A stretch of 64,000 nt of DNA, taken from positions 212,609 through 276,608 of the forward strand of contig JANQSD010000001.1 of NCBI GenBank assembly GCA_028284225.1, written 5' to 3'. The notes below the pieces were generated by a model. It made no database searches, had not been told where the DNA came from, and worked only from the letters and a program-made list of their open reading frames with translations. Shown here piece by piece: positions 9,277-18,775 of this stretch (position 1 is its first letter; every line of letters starts with the position of its first letter). This stretch comes from Arenicellales bacterium. Its GTDB lineage: Bacteria; Pseudomonadota; Gammaproteobacteria; Arenicellales; JAHEKD01. The translations under genes and the position numbers were made by a program.

Positions 9277-11268
9277 ATGTTTAACAAAATCCTAATCGCT
9301 AATCGTGGAGAAATTGCCTGCCGGGTTATTACAACGGCGAAACGCATGGGAATTAAATGTGTGGCCGTCTATTCTGAAGCAGACAAATCGGCTCTGCATG
9401 TAGAGCTGGCGGATGAGGCCTATTGTTTAGGTCCAGCGCCGGTTTCCAAAAGTTATTTACGCATTGACAAAATTATTGAAGCTGTCGGTAAAAGCGGCGC
9501 TGAAGCGGTTCATCCAGGATATGGGTTTTTATCGGAAAACCCTGAATTCGTCCAGGTCTGTGAGAATGTAGGACGTGTATTTATCGGGCCACCCGTTGAT
9601 GCAATCGAGGCTATGGGATTAAAAGATGCCGCCAAAGTTTTAATGGAACAATCGGGGGTGCCGGTTGTGCCTGGCTATCACGGTGATAATCAGGCAGCAG
9701 AATTTTTGCAGGATCAGGCTGATATTATTGGTTACCCGGTATTGATTAAAGCCCGCGCAGGTGGTGGCGGCAAAGGTATGCGTTTAGTTCAAACAGCTGC
9801 AGAATTTAATCATGCCCTGGAAAGTGCTCAGCGTGAAGCTCAATCCAGTTTTGGTGATGCTCATGTGATTATTGAAAAGTTTGTATCCAGTCCTCGCCAC
9901 ATAGAGGTGCAGGTTTTTGCTGACAAGCAGGGTAATACAGTGCATCTTTTCGAACGTGATTGTTCCATGCAGCGACGTCATCAAAAAGTCATTGAAGAAG
10001 CACCAGCTCCTGGAATGAGTGAGGCATTACGCAATACAATGGGAGAGGCCGCTGTGCGGGCGGCAAAGGCTGTGGGTTACGTCGGTGCGGGAACAGTTGA
10101 GTTCATTGTTGATTCTTCAGCAGGGTTAAAGCCTGACGGATTTTATTTTATGGAAATGAATACCCGGCTTCAGGTTGAGCATCCGGTCACTGAAGCAATA
10201 ACCGGATTAGATTTAGTTGAATGGCAACTGCGAGTTGCTGCAGATGAGCCTCTGCCCCGGTCGCAGGCTGAGCTGGTGATTAATGGCCATTCATTTGAAG
10301 CACGCATTTATGCTGAAGATGCGCAAAATAATTTTATGCCGTCTATTGGTCGTCTTGATTATTTATCATTGCCGTTTGACCAGGCCAGAGTTGATTCGGG
10401 CATACGACAGGGTGATGAAATCACCCCATTTTATGATCCTATGATCAGCAAGATAATAGTTCATGGCGATTCGCGTAAGGCAGCATTGGCTCGATTACAA
10501 AATGCCTTAGCAAATGCCCACATAGTCGGTTGCAAAACTAATATTAATTTTTTGGATCGGTTATCAAAACAGTCTGATTTTGTCTCAGGACAGGTAAATA
10601 CAGGTTTAATTGATCAACATTTCAATATGCTGACGGAACCGTTGTCGCCAGATGAGCAGACTATTGCATTAGCTGCTTTGTCAGCTTTGGGTTATTTTAA
10701 CGAACCTATAAGTAATGATCCGTGGCAGACACTAATAGGTTGGCGACATTTTAGCGCAGCCAGGCAGTATACCCGGTTGCAGTGGGGAGTAGAGCACCGT
10801 GATATTACCTTGATGTCACATGCCGACGGTTGTTTGGAAATAATATTCGATGATGCTGTGGTATTGGCGAAATTATTAAGAAGCGATGACAACAGGGTAA
10901 CCGTTGATTTTGACGGCCAAATAGTGAAATCCACAATTGTTAAATGTGAATCATCTGTTACTGTGTTTAAAGGTCTTGTTCACTATCAGTTTGAATTGCC
11001 TGATTATGCAACCAATTCTGATGCAGTTCAGAGCACGGATAAAAACCTCTTGGCACCTATGCCTGGATTAGTGACATCGGTCAATGTTACTCAAGGACAG
11101 CACGTAGAGCAGGGTGAATTGCTGATTGTTATGGAAGCCATGAAAATGGAACATAGTCTGCGTGCATCACTAACGGGTGTTATTGAACAGTTAAGGGTTG
11201 CTAATAACGATCAGGTGCAGGAAGGTGCATTGCTATTGACTATCGGTGAGTCTCAAACAGATGGTTGA
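9277..11268 (+). CDS. liuD: Methylcrotonyl-CoA carboxylase, biotin-containing (alpha) subunit
   Basis: The N-terminus is a biotin carboxylase ATP-grasp (MFNKILIANRGEIACRV, GGGGKGMR). The C-terminal biotinyl domain carries EAMKMEH. ATG 9277 is preferred over the ORF opening at 9256. Confidence 0.9.
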   Translation: MFNKILIANRGEIACRVITTAKRMGIKCVAVYSEADKSALHVELADEAYCLGPAPVSKSYLRIDKIIEAVGKSGAEAVHPGYGFLSENPEFVQVCENVGRVFIGPPVDAIEAMGLKDAAKVLMEQSGVPVVPGYHGDNQAAEFLQDQADIIGYPVLIKARAGGGGKGMRLVQTAAEFNHALESAQREAQSSFGDAHVIIEKFVSSPRHIEVQVFADKQGNTVHLFERDCSMQRRHQKVIEEAPAPGMSEALRNTMGEAAVRAAKAVGYVGAGTVEFIVDSSAGLKPDGFYFMEMNTRLQVEHPVTEAITGLDLVEWQLRVAADEPLPRSQAELVINGHSFEARIYAEDAQNNFMPSIGRLDYLSLPFDQARVDSGIRQGDEITPFYDPMISKIIVHGDSRKAALARLQNALANAHIVGCKTNINFLDRLSKQSDFVSGQVNTGLIDQHFNMLTEPLSPDEQTIALAALSALGYFNEPISNDPWQTLIGWRHFSAARQYTRLQWGVEHRDITLMSHADGCLEIIFDDAVVLAKLLRSDDNRVTVDFDGQIVKSTIVKCESSVTVFKGLVHYQFELPDYATNSDAVQSTDKNLLAPMPGLVTSVNVTQGQHVEQGELLIVMEAMKMEHSLRASLTGVIEQLRVANNDQVQEGALLLTIGESQTDG

Positions 11269-12175
11269 GAGAGTAAGCATTGTTGAAGTTGGCCCCAGGG
11301 ATGGTTTGCAAAATGAAAAGCAGATTATCCCTGCAGCAGATAAGATTAAACTGATTAATTTGTTATCAGAATGTGGATTCAGCACTATCGAAGCAACCAG
11401 CTTTGTTTCACCGCGCTGGGTGCCGCAATTGGCAGATGCTGGTGAGGTAATGAGCGGAATTTCAAGAAAGCAGGGAATTAGCTATGCGGTATTAACGCCT
11501 AACCTCAAAGGTTATAAATTAGCAAAAGCTGCCAAAGCAGATGAAGTAGCGATTTTTGCAGCAGCTTCTGAAACGTTTAGCCAGAAGAATATTAATTGTT
11601 CCATTGAACAAAGCATTGAACGATTTGAAGCAATTATCAGGCAAGCTAAAATAGATCAAATGCCGGTTAGAGGATATATTTCTTGTGTCGTTAATTGCCC
11701 GTATGAAGGTCAGGTAAGTCCTCGAGCTGTTGTTGACGTGGCCGCCAGGCTTTTTCAGTTGGGCTGCTATGAAGTATCGCTGGGTGACACTACCGGCAAG
11801 GGAACACCCGAGTCGATAGCGGCCATGCTTGATGCAGTACTCGATATTGCAGAACCGCCACGTTTTGCTGGTCATTATCACGATACCAATAGCCGTGCGC
11901 TAGAGAATATTGAAACCAGCCTTGAAAAAGGTATTCGTCGGTTTGATTCTGCAATCGGCGGTTTGGGCGGTTGTCCCTATGCACCTGGCGCCAGAGGTAA
12001 TGTGGCAACCACACAGGTTATACAGTTGTTGCACAGGCAGGGTTATAAAACGGGAATAGATGAAGCTAAATTAGACCGAGCTTTGGATTTTGTGAATCTG
12101 GTGATGAGGAGGTTAGGGGGTGCTCTTGGAGATCTCGGCACTAGGCCGGGACAGGCTGGGCCGGGGTATGTGTGA
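11261..12175 (+). CDS. liuE: Hydroxymethylglutaryl-CoA lyase
   Basis: VEVGPRDGLQNE, HYHDTNSRALENI and GGLGGCPYAPGARGN are HMGL-family motifs. ATG 11261 overlaps the liuD stop and is preceded by GGTGAG. Confidence 0.9.
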   Translation: MVERVSIVEVGPRDGLQNEKQIIPAADKIKLINLLSECGFSTIEATSFVSPRWVPQLADAGEVMSGISRKQGISYAVLTPNLKGYKLAKAAKADEVAIFAAASETFSQKNINCSIEQSIERFEAIIRQAKIDQMPVRGYISCVVNCPYEGQVSPRAVVDVAARLFQLGCYEVSLGDTTGKGTPESIAAMLDAVLDIAEPPRFAGHYHDTNSRALENIETSLEKGIRRFDSAIGGLGGCPYAPGARGNVATTQVIQLLHRQGYKTGIDEAKLDRALDFVNLVMRRLGGALGDLGTRPGQAGPGYV

Positions 12176-12960
12176 TGTCTAACTTTGAAACTATCCGATT
12201 AACTGCAAAAGATAGCGTTGCAAAAATAATGTTGAATCGGGCAGATAAGCATAATGCAATTAATGCATTAATGATCAGAGAGTTGAGACAAGCGGCAGAT
12301 CAGGTTGCAAATGATAATAGTGTCAGAGTGGTTGTACTTACGGCTGCGGGTAAAAGTTTTTGTGCAGGTGGTGATCTTAACTGGATGAAGCAACAGGCAA
12401 GTAAAGATCGCGCAGGAAAAATCAGTGAGTCGTCAGAGTTGGCCAGGATGTTACGTGATTTAGACGAGTTACCGAAACCTTTAATCGCCTGTGTACAGGG
12501 TCCGGCTTATGGTGGCGGTATTGGAATGATTTGTGTCTGTGATATTGCTGTTGCCTCTGCGGCAGCAAAATTTGCTTTAACTGAAACCCGTCTGGGTCTT
12601 ATTCCGGCTACCATCGGTCCTTATGTAATTAGGCGTTTAGGTGAAGCCAATGCCAGGCAGGTGTTCATGAATAGTAAAGTCTTTGATGCCGAAGCTGCAC
12701 TAAAACTGGGTTTAGTATCAACTCTGGCCCAACATGACGAACTGGATGAGGTTGTGCAGTCTGAGGTCGATGCATTTTTGAATTGCGCTCCAGGTGCGGT
12801 GGCAGATGCAAAATCACTATGCCTGGAATTATCAAGAAACCAGTCGATCAACCAGCTTGACTATACCGCTAATAAACTGGCTGATCGCTGGGAGACACTA
12901 GAAGCCCGGCAAGGCATTGATGCGTTTTTTAACCGTGAAAAGCCGCCATGGACAAAATAG
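12175..12960 (+). CDS. liuC: Methylglutaconyl-CoA hydratase (enoyl-CoA hydratase/crotonase family)
   Basis: The crotonase fold is indicated by FCAGGDL and GPAYGGGIGM. The TGATG start-stop overlap with liuE indicates co-translation. The specific substrate is inferred from operon context. Confidence 0.8.
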   Translation: MSNFETIRLTAKDSVAKIMLNRADKHNAINALMIRELRQAADQVANDNSVRVVVLTAAGKSFCAGGDLNWMKQQASKDRAGKISESSELARMLRDLDELPKPLIACVQGPAYGGGIGMICVCDIAVASAAAKFALTETRLGLIPATIGPYVIRRLGEANARQVFMNSKVFDAEAALKLGLVSTLAQHDELDEVVQSEVDAFLNCAPGAVADAKSLCLELSRNQSINQLDYTANKLADRWETLEARQGIDAFFNREKPPWTK

Positions 12961-13415
12961 ATTATAAAATCCTTGAGATTTTGCAAACTGACCCAGAGGC
13001 CAATATCACCGAAATTGGCAGGCGGGTAGGATTAAGTCATACACCTTGCTGGCGACGTATTAAGCAAATGCAAGATCAGGGAGTGATTAAACAACGTGCT
13101 GTTATATTAAACCCTGAAGCATTACATTTAGATGTTTGTGTGTTTTGCTTTGTTAAGCTTGAAAATCATCACGAGCAGACATTGCTAGACTTTGAGCAAG
13201 CCGTGTTGAAATTACCGGATGTGCTGCAATGCTACTTGGTCACCGGTGATTATGATTATTGCCTGCGTGTGGTGACATCAGGAATACGCGATTATGAAAA
13301 AGTGCTTAAAAGGGAGCTAACCAATTTACCTCATGTCGCGTTTATTAATACAAGTTTTACCTTGCGAGAAGTTAAAAACACAACCCGATTGCCTTTAACT
13401 AAAATTATTTCTTAG
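12948..13415 (+). CDS. Lrp/AsnC-family transcriptional regulator
   Basis: The product has an N-terminal AsnC-type HTH (MDKIDYKILEILQTD...ITEIGRRVGLSHTPCWRRIKQM) and a C-terminal RAM-like domain. The gene overlaps the liuC 3' end by 13 nt. Confidence 0.85.
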   Translation: MDKIDYKILEILQTDPEANITEIGRRVGLSHTPCWRRIKQMQDQGVIKQRAVILNPEALHLDVCVFCFVKLENHHEQTLLDFEQAVLKLPDVLQCYLVTGDYDYCLRVVTSGIRDYEKVLKRELTNLPHVAFINTSFTLREVKNTTRLPLTKIIS

Positions 13416-13490
13416 CACAAAAATAATTTGCAGCTATTAAAGAAATAAGGTACATCTGCATGCAGACATAATAAAGACGTAATCGGTTCA

Positions 13491-13943
13491 ATGAGCGAAA
13501 AACTTCAAATGTTAGGTTGGCGTGAGTGGGTTTCATTGCCAGATTTGGGCATTAGACGAATTAAATGCAAGGTAGACACGGGTGCCAGAACTTCGGCCTT
13601 ACACACGTACTTTATTGAACCTGATTCACAAACAAATATCGTCCGTTTCGGTATCCACCCCATCCAGAATCGTACCGATATTGAAGTCATTTGTGAGGCT
13701 AATATTCTTGATTACAGAGAGGTTAGCGATTCTGGAGGGCATAAGGAGAAGCGCTATGTGATCGAATCGACAATTAAAATCGGAAAATATGAGTGGCCGA
13801 TAGAGATTAATTTGGCTGGCCGGGATACAATGCGGTTTCGAATGTTGCTGGGGCGTACTGCTATCAATCATCGATTCACAGTTGATCCGGCATGTGCGTA
13901 TTTAGTGGGCAAGCCAAGACGCAAGAAGACATTAGTGAGATAG
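13491..13943 (+). CDS. RimK-associated retropepsin-like protease (so-called ATP-dependent zinc protease family)
   Basis: The 150-aa product has [13 protein letters not shown]...[15 protein letters not shown], typical of the small protein encoded upstream of rimK. Confidence 0.7.
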   Translation: MSEKLQMLGWREWVSLPDLGIRRIKCKVDTGARTSALHTYFIEPDSQTNIVRFGIHPIQNRTDIEVICEANILDYREVSDSGGHKEKRYVIESTIKIGKYEWPIEINLAGRDTMRFRMLLGRTAINHRFTVDPACAYLVGKPRRKKTLVR

Positions 13944-13952
13944 GAGACAGAC

Positions 13953-14861
13953 TTGAGAATAGCATTACTGAGTAGAGCTAAAAATCGCCTTTATTCAAAT
14001 CGGCGCCTGGTTGAAGCTGCCGAACAGCGAGGGCACGAAATTGACTATGTCCATACGCTGAATTGTTATATGGATATTGCCTCACATGAGCCTAGTGTGC
14101 ATTTGGCGGGTGAGGAGCTGCCTTTTTACGATGCAATTATTCCAAGGATTGGTGCTTCGGTGACATTTTATGGCTGTGCAGTGCTCAGGCAGTTTGAAAT
14201 GATGGGTAGTTATCCATTAAATGAATCGGTAGCGATTACCCGGTCACGGGATAAATTGCGTTCATTACAGATTTTATCTCGTGCCGGAATCGGCTTGCCG
14301 CTGACTGGTTTTGCGCATTCAACCAAGAACACTAAAGATTTGATTGAGCTCGTTGGCAGTACGCCGTTAGTTGTTAAACTACTTGAGGGCACCCATGGCA
14401 AGGGTATTGTGCTGGCTGAAACCCGCAAGGCGGCGGAAACGATTATTGAAGCATTTCGTCAGATTAAAGCCAACTTTTTGGTACAGGAATTTATAAAAGA
14501 GGCGGGTGGTTCAGATATTAGGGCATTCGTTATCGGCGGCAAAGTTGTTGCAGCGATGATGCGTACCGCAGCTGAAGGTGAGTTTCGTTCTAATCTGCAT
14601 CGTGGTGGTAGTTCCTCGTTAGTAAAGCTCACCCCCGAAGAGCGTTCTACTGCAATCAGATCTGCACGCAAAATGGGATTAAATGTTGCCGGCGTGGATA
14701 TTTTACGATCCAACCATGGTCCTGTGGTGATGGAAGTTAATTCTTCGCCAGGGTTGGAAGGTATCGAGGGCGCAACCGGTAAAGATGTGGCCGGAATGAT
14801 CATCGAGTTTATGGAAAAAAATGCCAAGCACAAAAAAACCAGAACCCGTGGAAAGGGTTAG
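13953..14861 (+). CDS. rimK: Ribosomal protein S6 L-glutamate ligase RimK (ATP-grasp)
   Basis: The 302-aa ATP-grasp protein has RIALLS..., [31 protein letters not shown] and [14 protein letters not shown]. The TTG start is preceded by AGGAG. Confidence 0.9.
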   Translation: MRIALLSRAKNRLYSNRRLVEAAEQRGHEIDYVHTLNCYMDIASHEPSVHLAGEELPFYDAIIPRIGASVTFYGCAVLRQFEMMGSYPLNESVAITRSRDKLRSLQILSRAGIGLPLTGFAHSTKNTKDLIELVGSTPLVVKLLEGTHGKGIVLAETRKAAETIIEAFRQIKANFLVQEFIKEAGGSDIRAFVIGGKVVAAMMRTAAEGEFRSNLHRGGSSSLVKLTPEERSTAIRSARKMGLNVAGVDILRSNHGPVVMEVNSSPGLEGIEGATGKDVAGMIIEFMEKNAKHKKTRTRGKG

Positions 14862-15916
14862 TGGTAAAAACTAATCAAGCCAAGGCATTTAATTTCGCGG
14901 GTAAACAAGTTAAACCGGGAACATCTGTCACGCTGGATCTACCGATCCCTGAGTTATATACACATACCCCCATGGAAATGCCGGTGCATATTTTCCATGG
15001 TAAAAAACCGGGTCCATGCTTATTTGTTTGCGCGGCATTGCATGGTGATGAAATCTTGGGGGTTGAAATTATTCGGCGACTCGTTAATCAAAAGAATTTA
15101 AACAGAATTCGCGGTACATTGATTGCCATCCCGGTCATTAATGTTTATGGCATGATTCACTTATCCAGGTATTTACCTGACCGACGAGATTTAAACCGCT
15201 CTTTCCCGGGTTCAGAGCGCGGATCATTAGCCGGTCGTCTTGCAAATTTATTAATGACAGAAGTGATTTCTAAATCCACTCACGTTATAGACTTGCATAC
15301 CGGGGCCGTACATCGCTCTAACTTGCCGCAAATACGTGCCAATCTTGAGGACGAGCAGACACTTGAGTTAGCACATGCCTTTTCCGTTCCGGTCATGATT
15401 AATTCTAAACTGCGTGAAGGCACTATCCGCGAGTCGGTGGTCAATCAAGGTATTCCAATATTAGTCTATGAAGCAGGTGAAGCCTTGCGTCTGGATGAGT
15501 TTGGCGTACGTGTGGGGGTACGTGGTGTTAACAACGTGATGTCTGCCATTGGAATGTTGCCCAAAAAAGGGCAGCGTAAAAAACAACTTAAATCACACAT
15601 TGCCAAGTCTAGCTCCTGGGTCCGTGCGACCGGCAGTGGTATTTTTTTGAACAATACCAAACTCGGGGTTTCAGTTAAAAAAGGCGATGTTTTGGGTACG
15701 ATTGCCGATCCATTCGGGCAAAAGCAATCGAAGGTTGAAGCAACTTATTCAGGTGTGGTCGTCGGGCGTACGCATCTGCCTCTTGTAAATGAAGGCGATG
15801 CACTAATTCATATCGCTAAAATTGAAGAAGAAATTCCACTGGAAGAATATGTCGATCAAGTCGATAGTGAAGCGAACCAGACTCGCAATAAAGAAAATTC
15901 TCCGGAAATAGTTTAA
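14861..15916 (+). CDS. Succinylglutamate desuccinylase/aspartoacylase-family zinc deacylase
   Basis: ALHGDEILG (zinc-ligand HxxE motif), RDLNRSFPG and DLHTG are AstE/AspA (M14-like) motifs. The GTG start overlaps the rimK stop (TAGTG). Confidence 0.8.
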   Translation: MVKTNQAKAFNFAGKQVKPGTSVTLDLPIPELYTHTPMEMPVHIFHGKKPGPCLFVCAALHGDEILGVEIIRRLVNQKNLNRIRGTLIAIPVINVYGMIHLSRYLPDRRDLNRSFPGSERGSLAGRLANLLMTEVISKSTHVIDLHTGAVHRSNLPQIRANLEDEQTLELAHAFSVPVMINSKLREGTIRESVVNQGIPILVYEAGEALRLDEFGVRVGVRGVNNVMSAIGMLPKKGQRKKQLKSHIAKSSSWVRATGSGIFLNNTKLGVSVKKGDVLGTIADPFGQKQSKVEATYSGVVVGRTHLPLVNEGDALIHIAKIEEEIPLEEYVDQVDSEANQTRNKENSPEIV

Positions 15917-16160
15917 ATTTAAGCTGGCTTTTGTATCTTCTAGGTTAGATAGAGCTGGTGTGTCCATTTTTCATAAAAAGCTCCTAAGGGGAGTATTTTT
16001 TAAAAGGCTCGATGACCTTTCCCCTTTGTTATTACCACTAACTGGATGAGATAAATGTAAGCGGTGCATTACCACCAGCCTTAGTCACATACAATTATTA
16101 ATCTTTCCAGATTCAAGAATACAACATCAAATCTCATGAATTTTTATTGTAATACTACCT

Positions 16161-17309
16161 TTAATATCTGTTTGGGGTACATGCCGCGGTTAGACTGGGA
16201 TTGTTAAAACTAACAGAATCTAATACATCATGACATATTAATCTAAATGTTGTATTGCCTTGATCGACAGCAAATCCTCTAGTTTGTGAGAATGTTCTAC
16301 TTTCAGTGTCTTGAAAAAAAACATATCCCAATTTTAAAAGATCATTTGAGAACTCATTATCCAATATTCCACATCTAATTCTATTCGGTCCAGTATCAAA
16401 AGGTGGTTGAACGAATCCTGAGGCATTCACAACACAATGTCCTGCAGAAGGCATTGCTACCGAAATACTATCTACAGTGGTTCGACCCAAGCCACCCACT
16501 AGGGTGACATCTGAGACTCCATTTGTGTATTCAACCCCGACAGGAACAGTCAATTCGGGTTTTCTAAGATAACCAATGATATCAATGATTACATGTGTTC
16601 GAGAACTAGCAAAAATTTGAATCTCATCAGTTTGGCCTAGCCCTGTTGGAACAATTGAACTATTTGCGATGTCACTTGATTGAAAATTTAAAATACTGGC
16701 TAAAGGTCTTGATTCTCCAACTTCCCATGCAGTTAGATATCCATTGGATTCACCACCTGTAGAGGTGACATTTAAGATTACGGCCGGTGGTTCGCTTAAT
16801 CCAACAGGCACACCGCAACTCAAAGCGCCTCCTTGACTGCTGGTATCACCATTAACAGAGTAACTTCTTGTTTGCATTGCGTTGAATTTACCGCCTTGAA
16901 CCCTTGTATCCACTATTCTGCATGGTGTGAGAGGCGTAAAAACTAAGTCTTCGAATGTATCTCCTAAAAGTTTATTAGAATTGTTTACACTATCTTCAAT
17001 GTTGTAGGCTTGAGTAAGATAGTTTCTTTCGCCCTGTATTGCATTGACGACTTCCTTGAAATTTCTCGCTTGATAGGCATTGAATAACTTATCAGAGGAA
17101 GCATCATTAAGAAATAAGCTCAATTCTTCAACCCAGCCTCTATATTCTTTTGCTTCTGCTTCTGCTTGAATACGACCCAAGATAGTCTGAATAATTGAGT
17201 GACGATTATGCTCTACCCAGGTTTCATCAAAATTTGAATCTTGTGAATGCAGCATTGGCGATAGTGCTAATGCAAGAAGAGTAAGTACGTAGAATTTTAA
17301 TTTGATCAT
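16161..17309 (-). CDS. Hypothetical secreted protein (orphan, AT-rich)
   Basis: The 382-aa ORF has an N-terminal signal-like MIKLKFYVLTLLALALSPMLHS. I did not recognise a catalytic motif. The internal TPCRIVDTR segment resembles an uncharacterised beta-rich domain. Confidence 0.6.
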   Translation of the reverse strand: MIKLKFYVLTLLALALSPMLHSQDSNFDETWVEHNRHSIIQTILGRIQAEAEAKEYRGWVEELSLFLNDASSDKLFNAYQARNFKEVVNAIQGERNYLTQAYNIEDSVNNSNKLLGDTFEDLVFTPLTPCRIVDTRVQGGKFNAMQTRSYSVNGDTSSQGGALSCGVPVGLSEPPAVILNVTSTGGESNGYLTAWEVGESRPLASILNFQSSDIANSSIVPTGLGQTDEIQIFASSRTHVIIDIIGYLRKPELTVPVGVEYTNGVSDVTLVGGLGRTTVDSISVAMPSAGHCVVNASGFVQPPFDTGPNRIRCGILDNEFSNDLLKLGYVFFQDTESRTFSQTRGFAVDQGNTTFRLICHDVLDSVSFNNPSLTAACTPNRY

Positions 17310-17361
17310 TTTAAAACCATTATAAATATTGAATTTATATTAAGCACTCAGTTTAGTATTT

Positions 17362-17670
17362 TTACGCCGCCTCGTCCAATTCGATTTGTGGCTTAAACCG
17401 CAACAGCGCTTCAATGTCCTCAACGGATTTGGCTTTAGGTAATTCAGTAAAGACATGGGTTAAATAGGCAAAAGGCTCTATTCAATTGGCCTTGGCTGTC
17501 TCAACCAGTGTATATATATTCGCACTGGCTTTAGCCCCGGATATCGTGTCTGAGAATAAACTGTTCTTACGACCAATCACAAACGGTCGAATCGCGTTGT
17601 TGTCAATAGGCAACCGACCATCGTTGAGATAGGCCTGTAACGTGTCCCATTCATCGTTTAAGTAATGCAT
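17362..17670 (-). pseudogene. IS66-family transposase C-terminal relic (N-terminally truncated, in-frame TGA)
   Basis: The translation [75 protein letters not shown] matches the conserved IS66 TnpC C-terminus. Only about 100 of an expected roughly 500 aa remain. One TGA interrupts the frame at 17479-17481. Confidence 0.75.
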
Positions 17671-17857
17671 GGCTTACGGCTGTTTCGAGAGTGTCCTTAT
17701 GATTCCCATCGCCTAGTGTCTACCTAGCAAATTAAATAATGCCATGACAGGTTTCCGGCATTCCTGATAATGGTGTTTTTGATGTCATTTTAACCTTCTA
17801 TTGCTGTTGTGTATTAGAGAAACATATGCTACATATTGCGTAGCAGATTTAGGATGA

Positions 17858-18754
17858 TTGATAATGATTTTATCAGCCATAGCGGCAGTTGGTGCGTCGT
17901 TAAGTTGGGCGACAGGAATTGTAATCGCCCAATCACCGGCAACCAAAATTGGAGCATTTGAATTTACCAGGATACAGCTTATTAGTTGTGGTGCATTACT
18001 GGGGCTAATTTGTAGTGTTATGCGGTTGTGGTCAGACATTGTCTGGGATTATTGGTTGCTTTTTTTTATAAGCAGTGTAATTGGCATTATCATTGGTAAT
18101 CTTGCAATGATTGAATGTTTAAGGCAAGGCGGGCCAAGGCAAACGGAATTGCTGCTTTGTCTTAAAGCTCCTGCTATTGCTGTTTTAGCATTCTTCTGGT
18201 TGGGAGAAAAGCTCACGATTCTTGATGTTTGTGGCATCACCGTTACCCTAATAGGTGTGGTTATTGCAATTTTATATAATGAGAAAGAAACTGAAGTAGT
18301 TAATTCAACAGCAAAAGATAATATCAGTCTTGTCTTATTACTTGGCTTGATTGCAGCTATCTGCCATGGACTAGGTTTTCTGGTGATGAAGCCTGTTCTG
18401 CAGGCAGGAATTGATCCTCTTTCGGTTTCTGCAATTCGTTTACTAGGTGCGTCATTTTTAATATCCCTGTTAGCTCTGTGGCCAGCTCAGGGTTTTAGAC
18501 CTAAAACTAATATGACACCTTGGTTACTATTACGTATAGTATTTCCTGGGGTGATTGGATATGGTATTGCCTCAACATTATTGTTATACGCCATAGCGAA
18601 TTTAAATGTAGCAATAGCCAGTGTTCTGGGTTCACTTTCACCGGTACTTGTGTTGCCAATACTATGGTTTAGAGATAAGAAAAGACCTCCCGTAATGGCA
18701 TGGTTAGGTGCGATAATTGCTTTACTAGGTGTATCTATATTAATAGTTTGGTGA
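17858..18754 (+). CDS. DMT-superfamily (EamA-like) transporter
   Basis: The 298-aa product has about 10 hydrophobic segments in two halves, typical of EamA. The start is TTG 17858 or ATG 17864. Confidence 0.8.
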   Translation: MIMILSAIAAVGASLSWATGIVIAQSPATKIGAFEFTRIQLISCGALLGLICSVMRLWSDIVWDYWLLFFISSVIGIIIGNLAMIECLRQGGPRQTELLLCLKAPAIAVLAFFWLGEKLTILDVCGITVTLIGVVIAILYNEKETEVVNSTAKDNISLVLLLGLIAAICHGLGFLVMKPVLQAGIDPLSVSAIRLLGASFLISLLALWPAQGFRPKTNMTPWLLLRIVFPGVIGYGIASTLLLYAIANLNVAIASVLGSLSPVLVLPILWFRDKKRPPVMAWLGAIIALLGVSILIVW

Positions 18755-18775
18755 GTTGAAGACTACATCGGAAAC

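Noticed and set aside
9033-9284. 83-aa ORF in the liuB-liuD gap
   Set aside because: It is read through two subfamily-2 REP-like elements (9082-9116 and 9147-9175). Its composition is typical of translated palindromic repeats.
14459-14833. 124-aa antisense ORF inside rimK, and similar antisense ORFs at 11519-11881, 41004-41444, 2439-2771 and 59659-60003
   Set aside because: They lie fully within well-supported genes on the opposite strand, with no RBS or family resemblance. They are ordinary shadow ORFs.
17671-17700. The GTAAGCC sequence just upstream of the IS66 relic as a possible IS66 terminal inverted repeat (these usually start GTAAGCG)
   Set aside because: It abuts the C-terminal part of the transposase reading frame rather than an element end. 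No matching repeat is seen on the other side, so it is likely coincidental.
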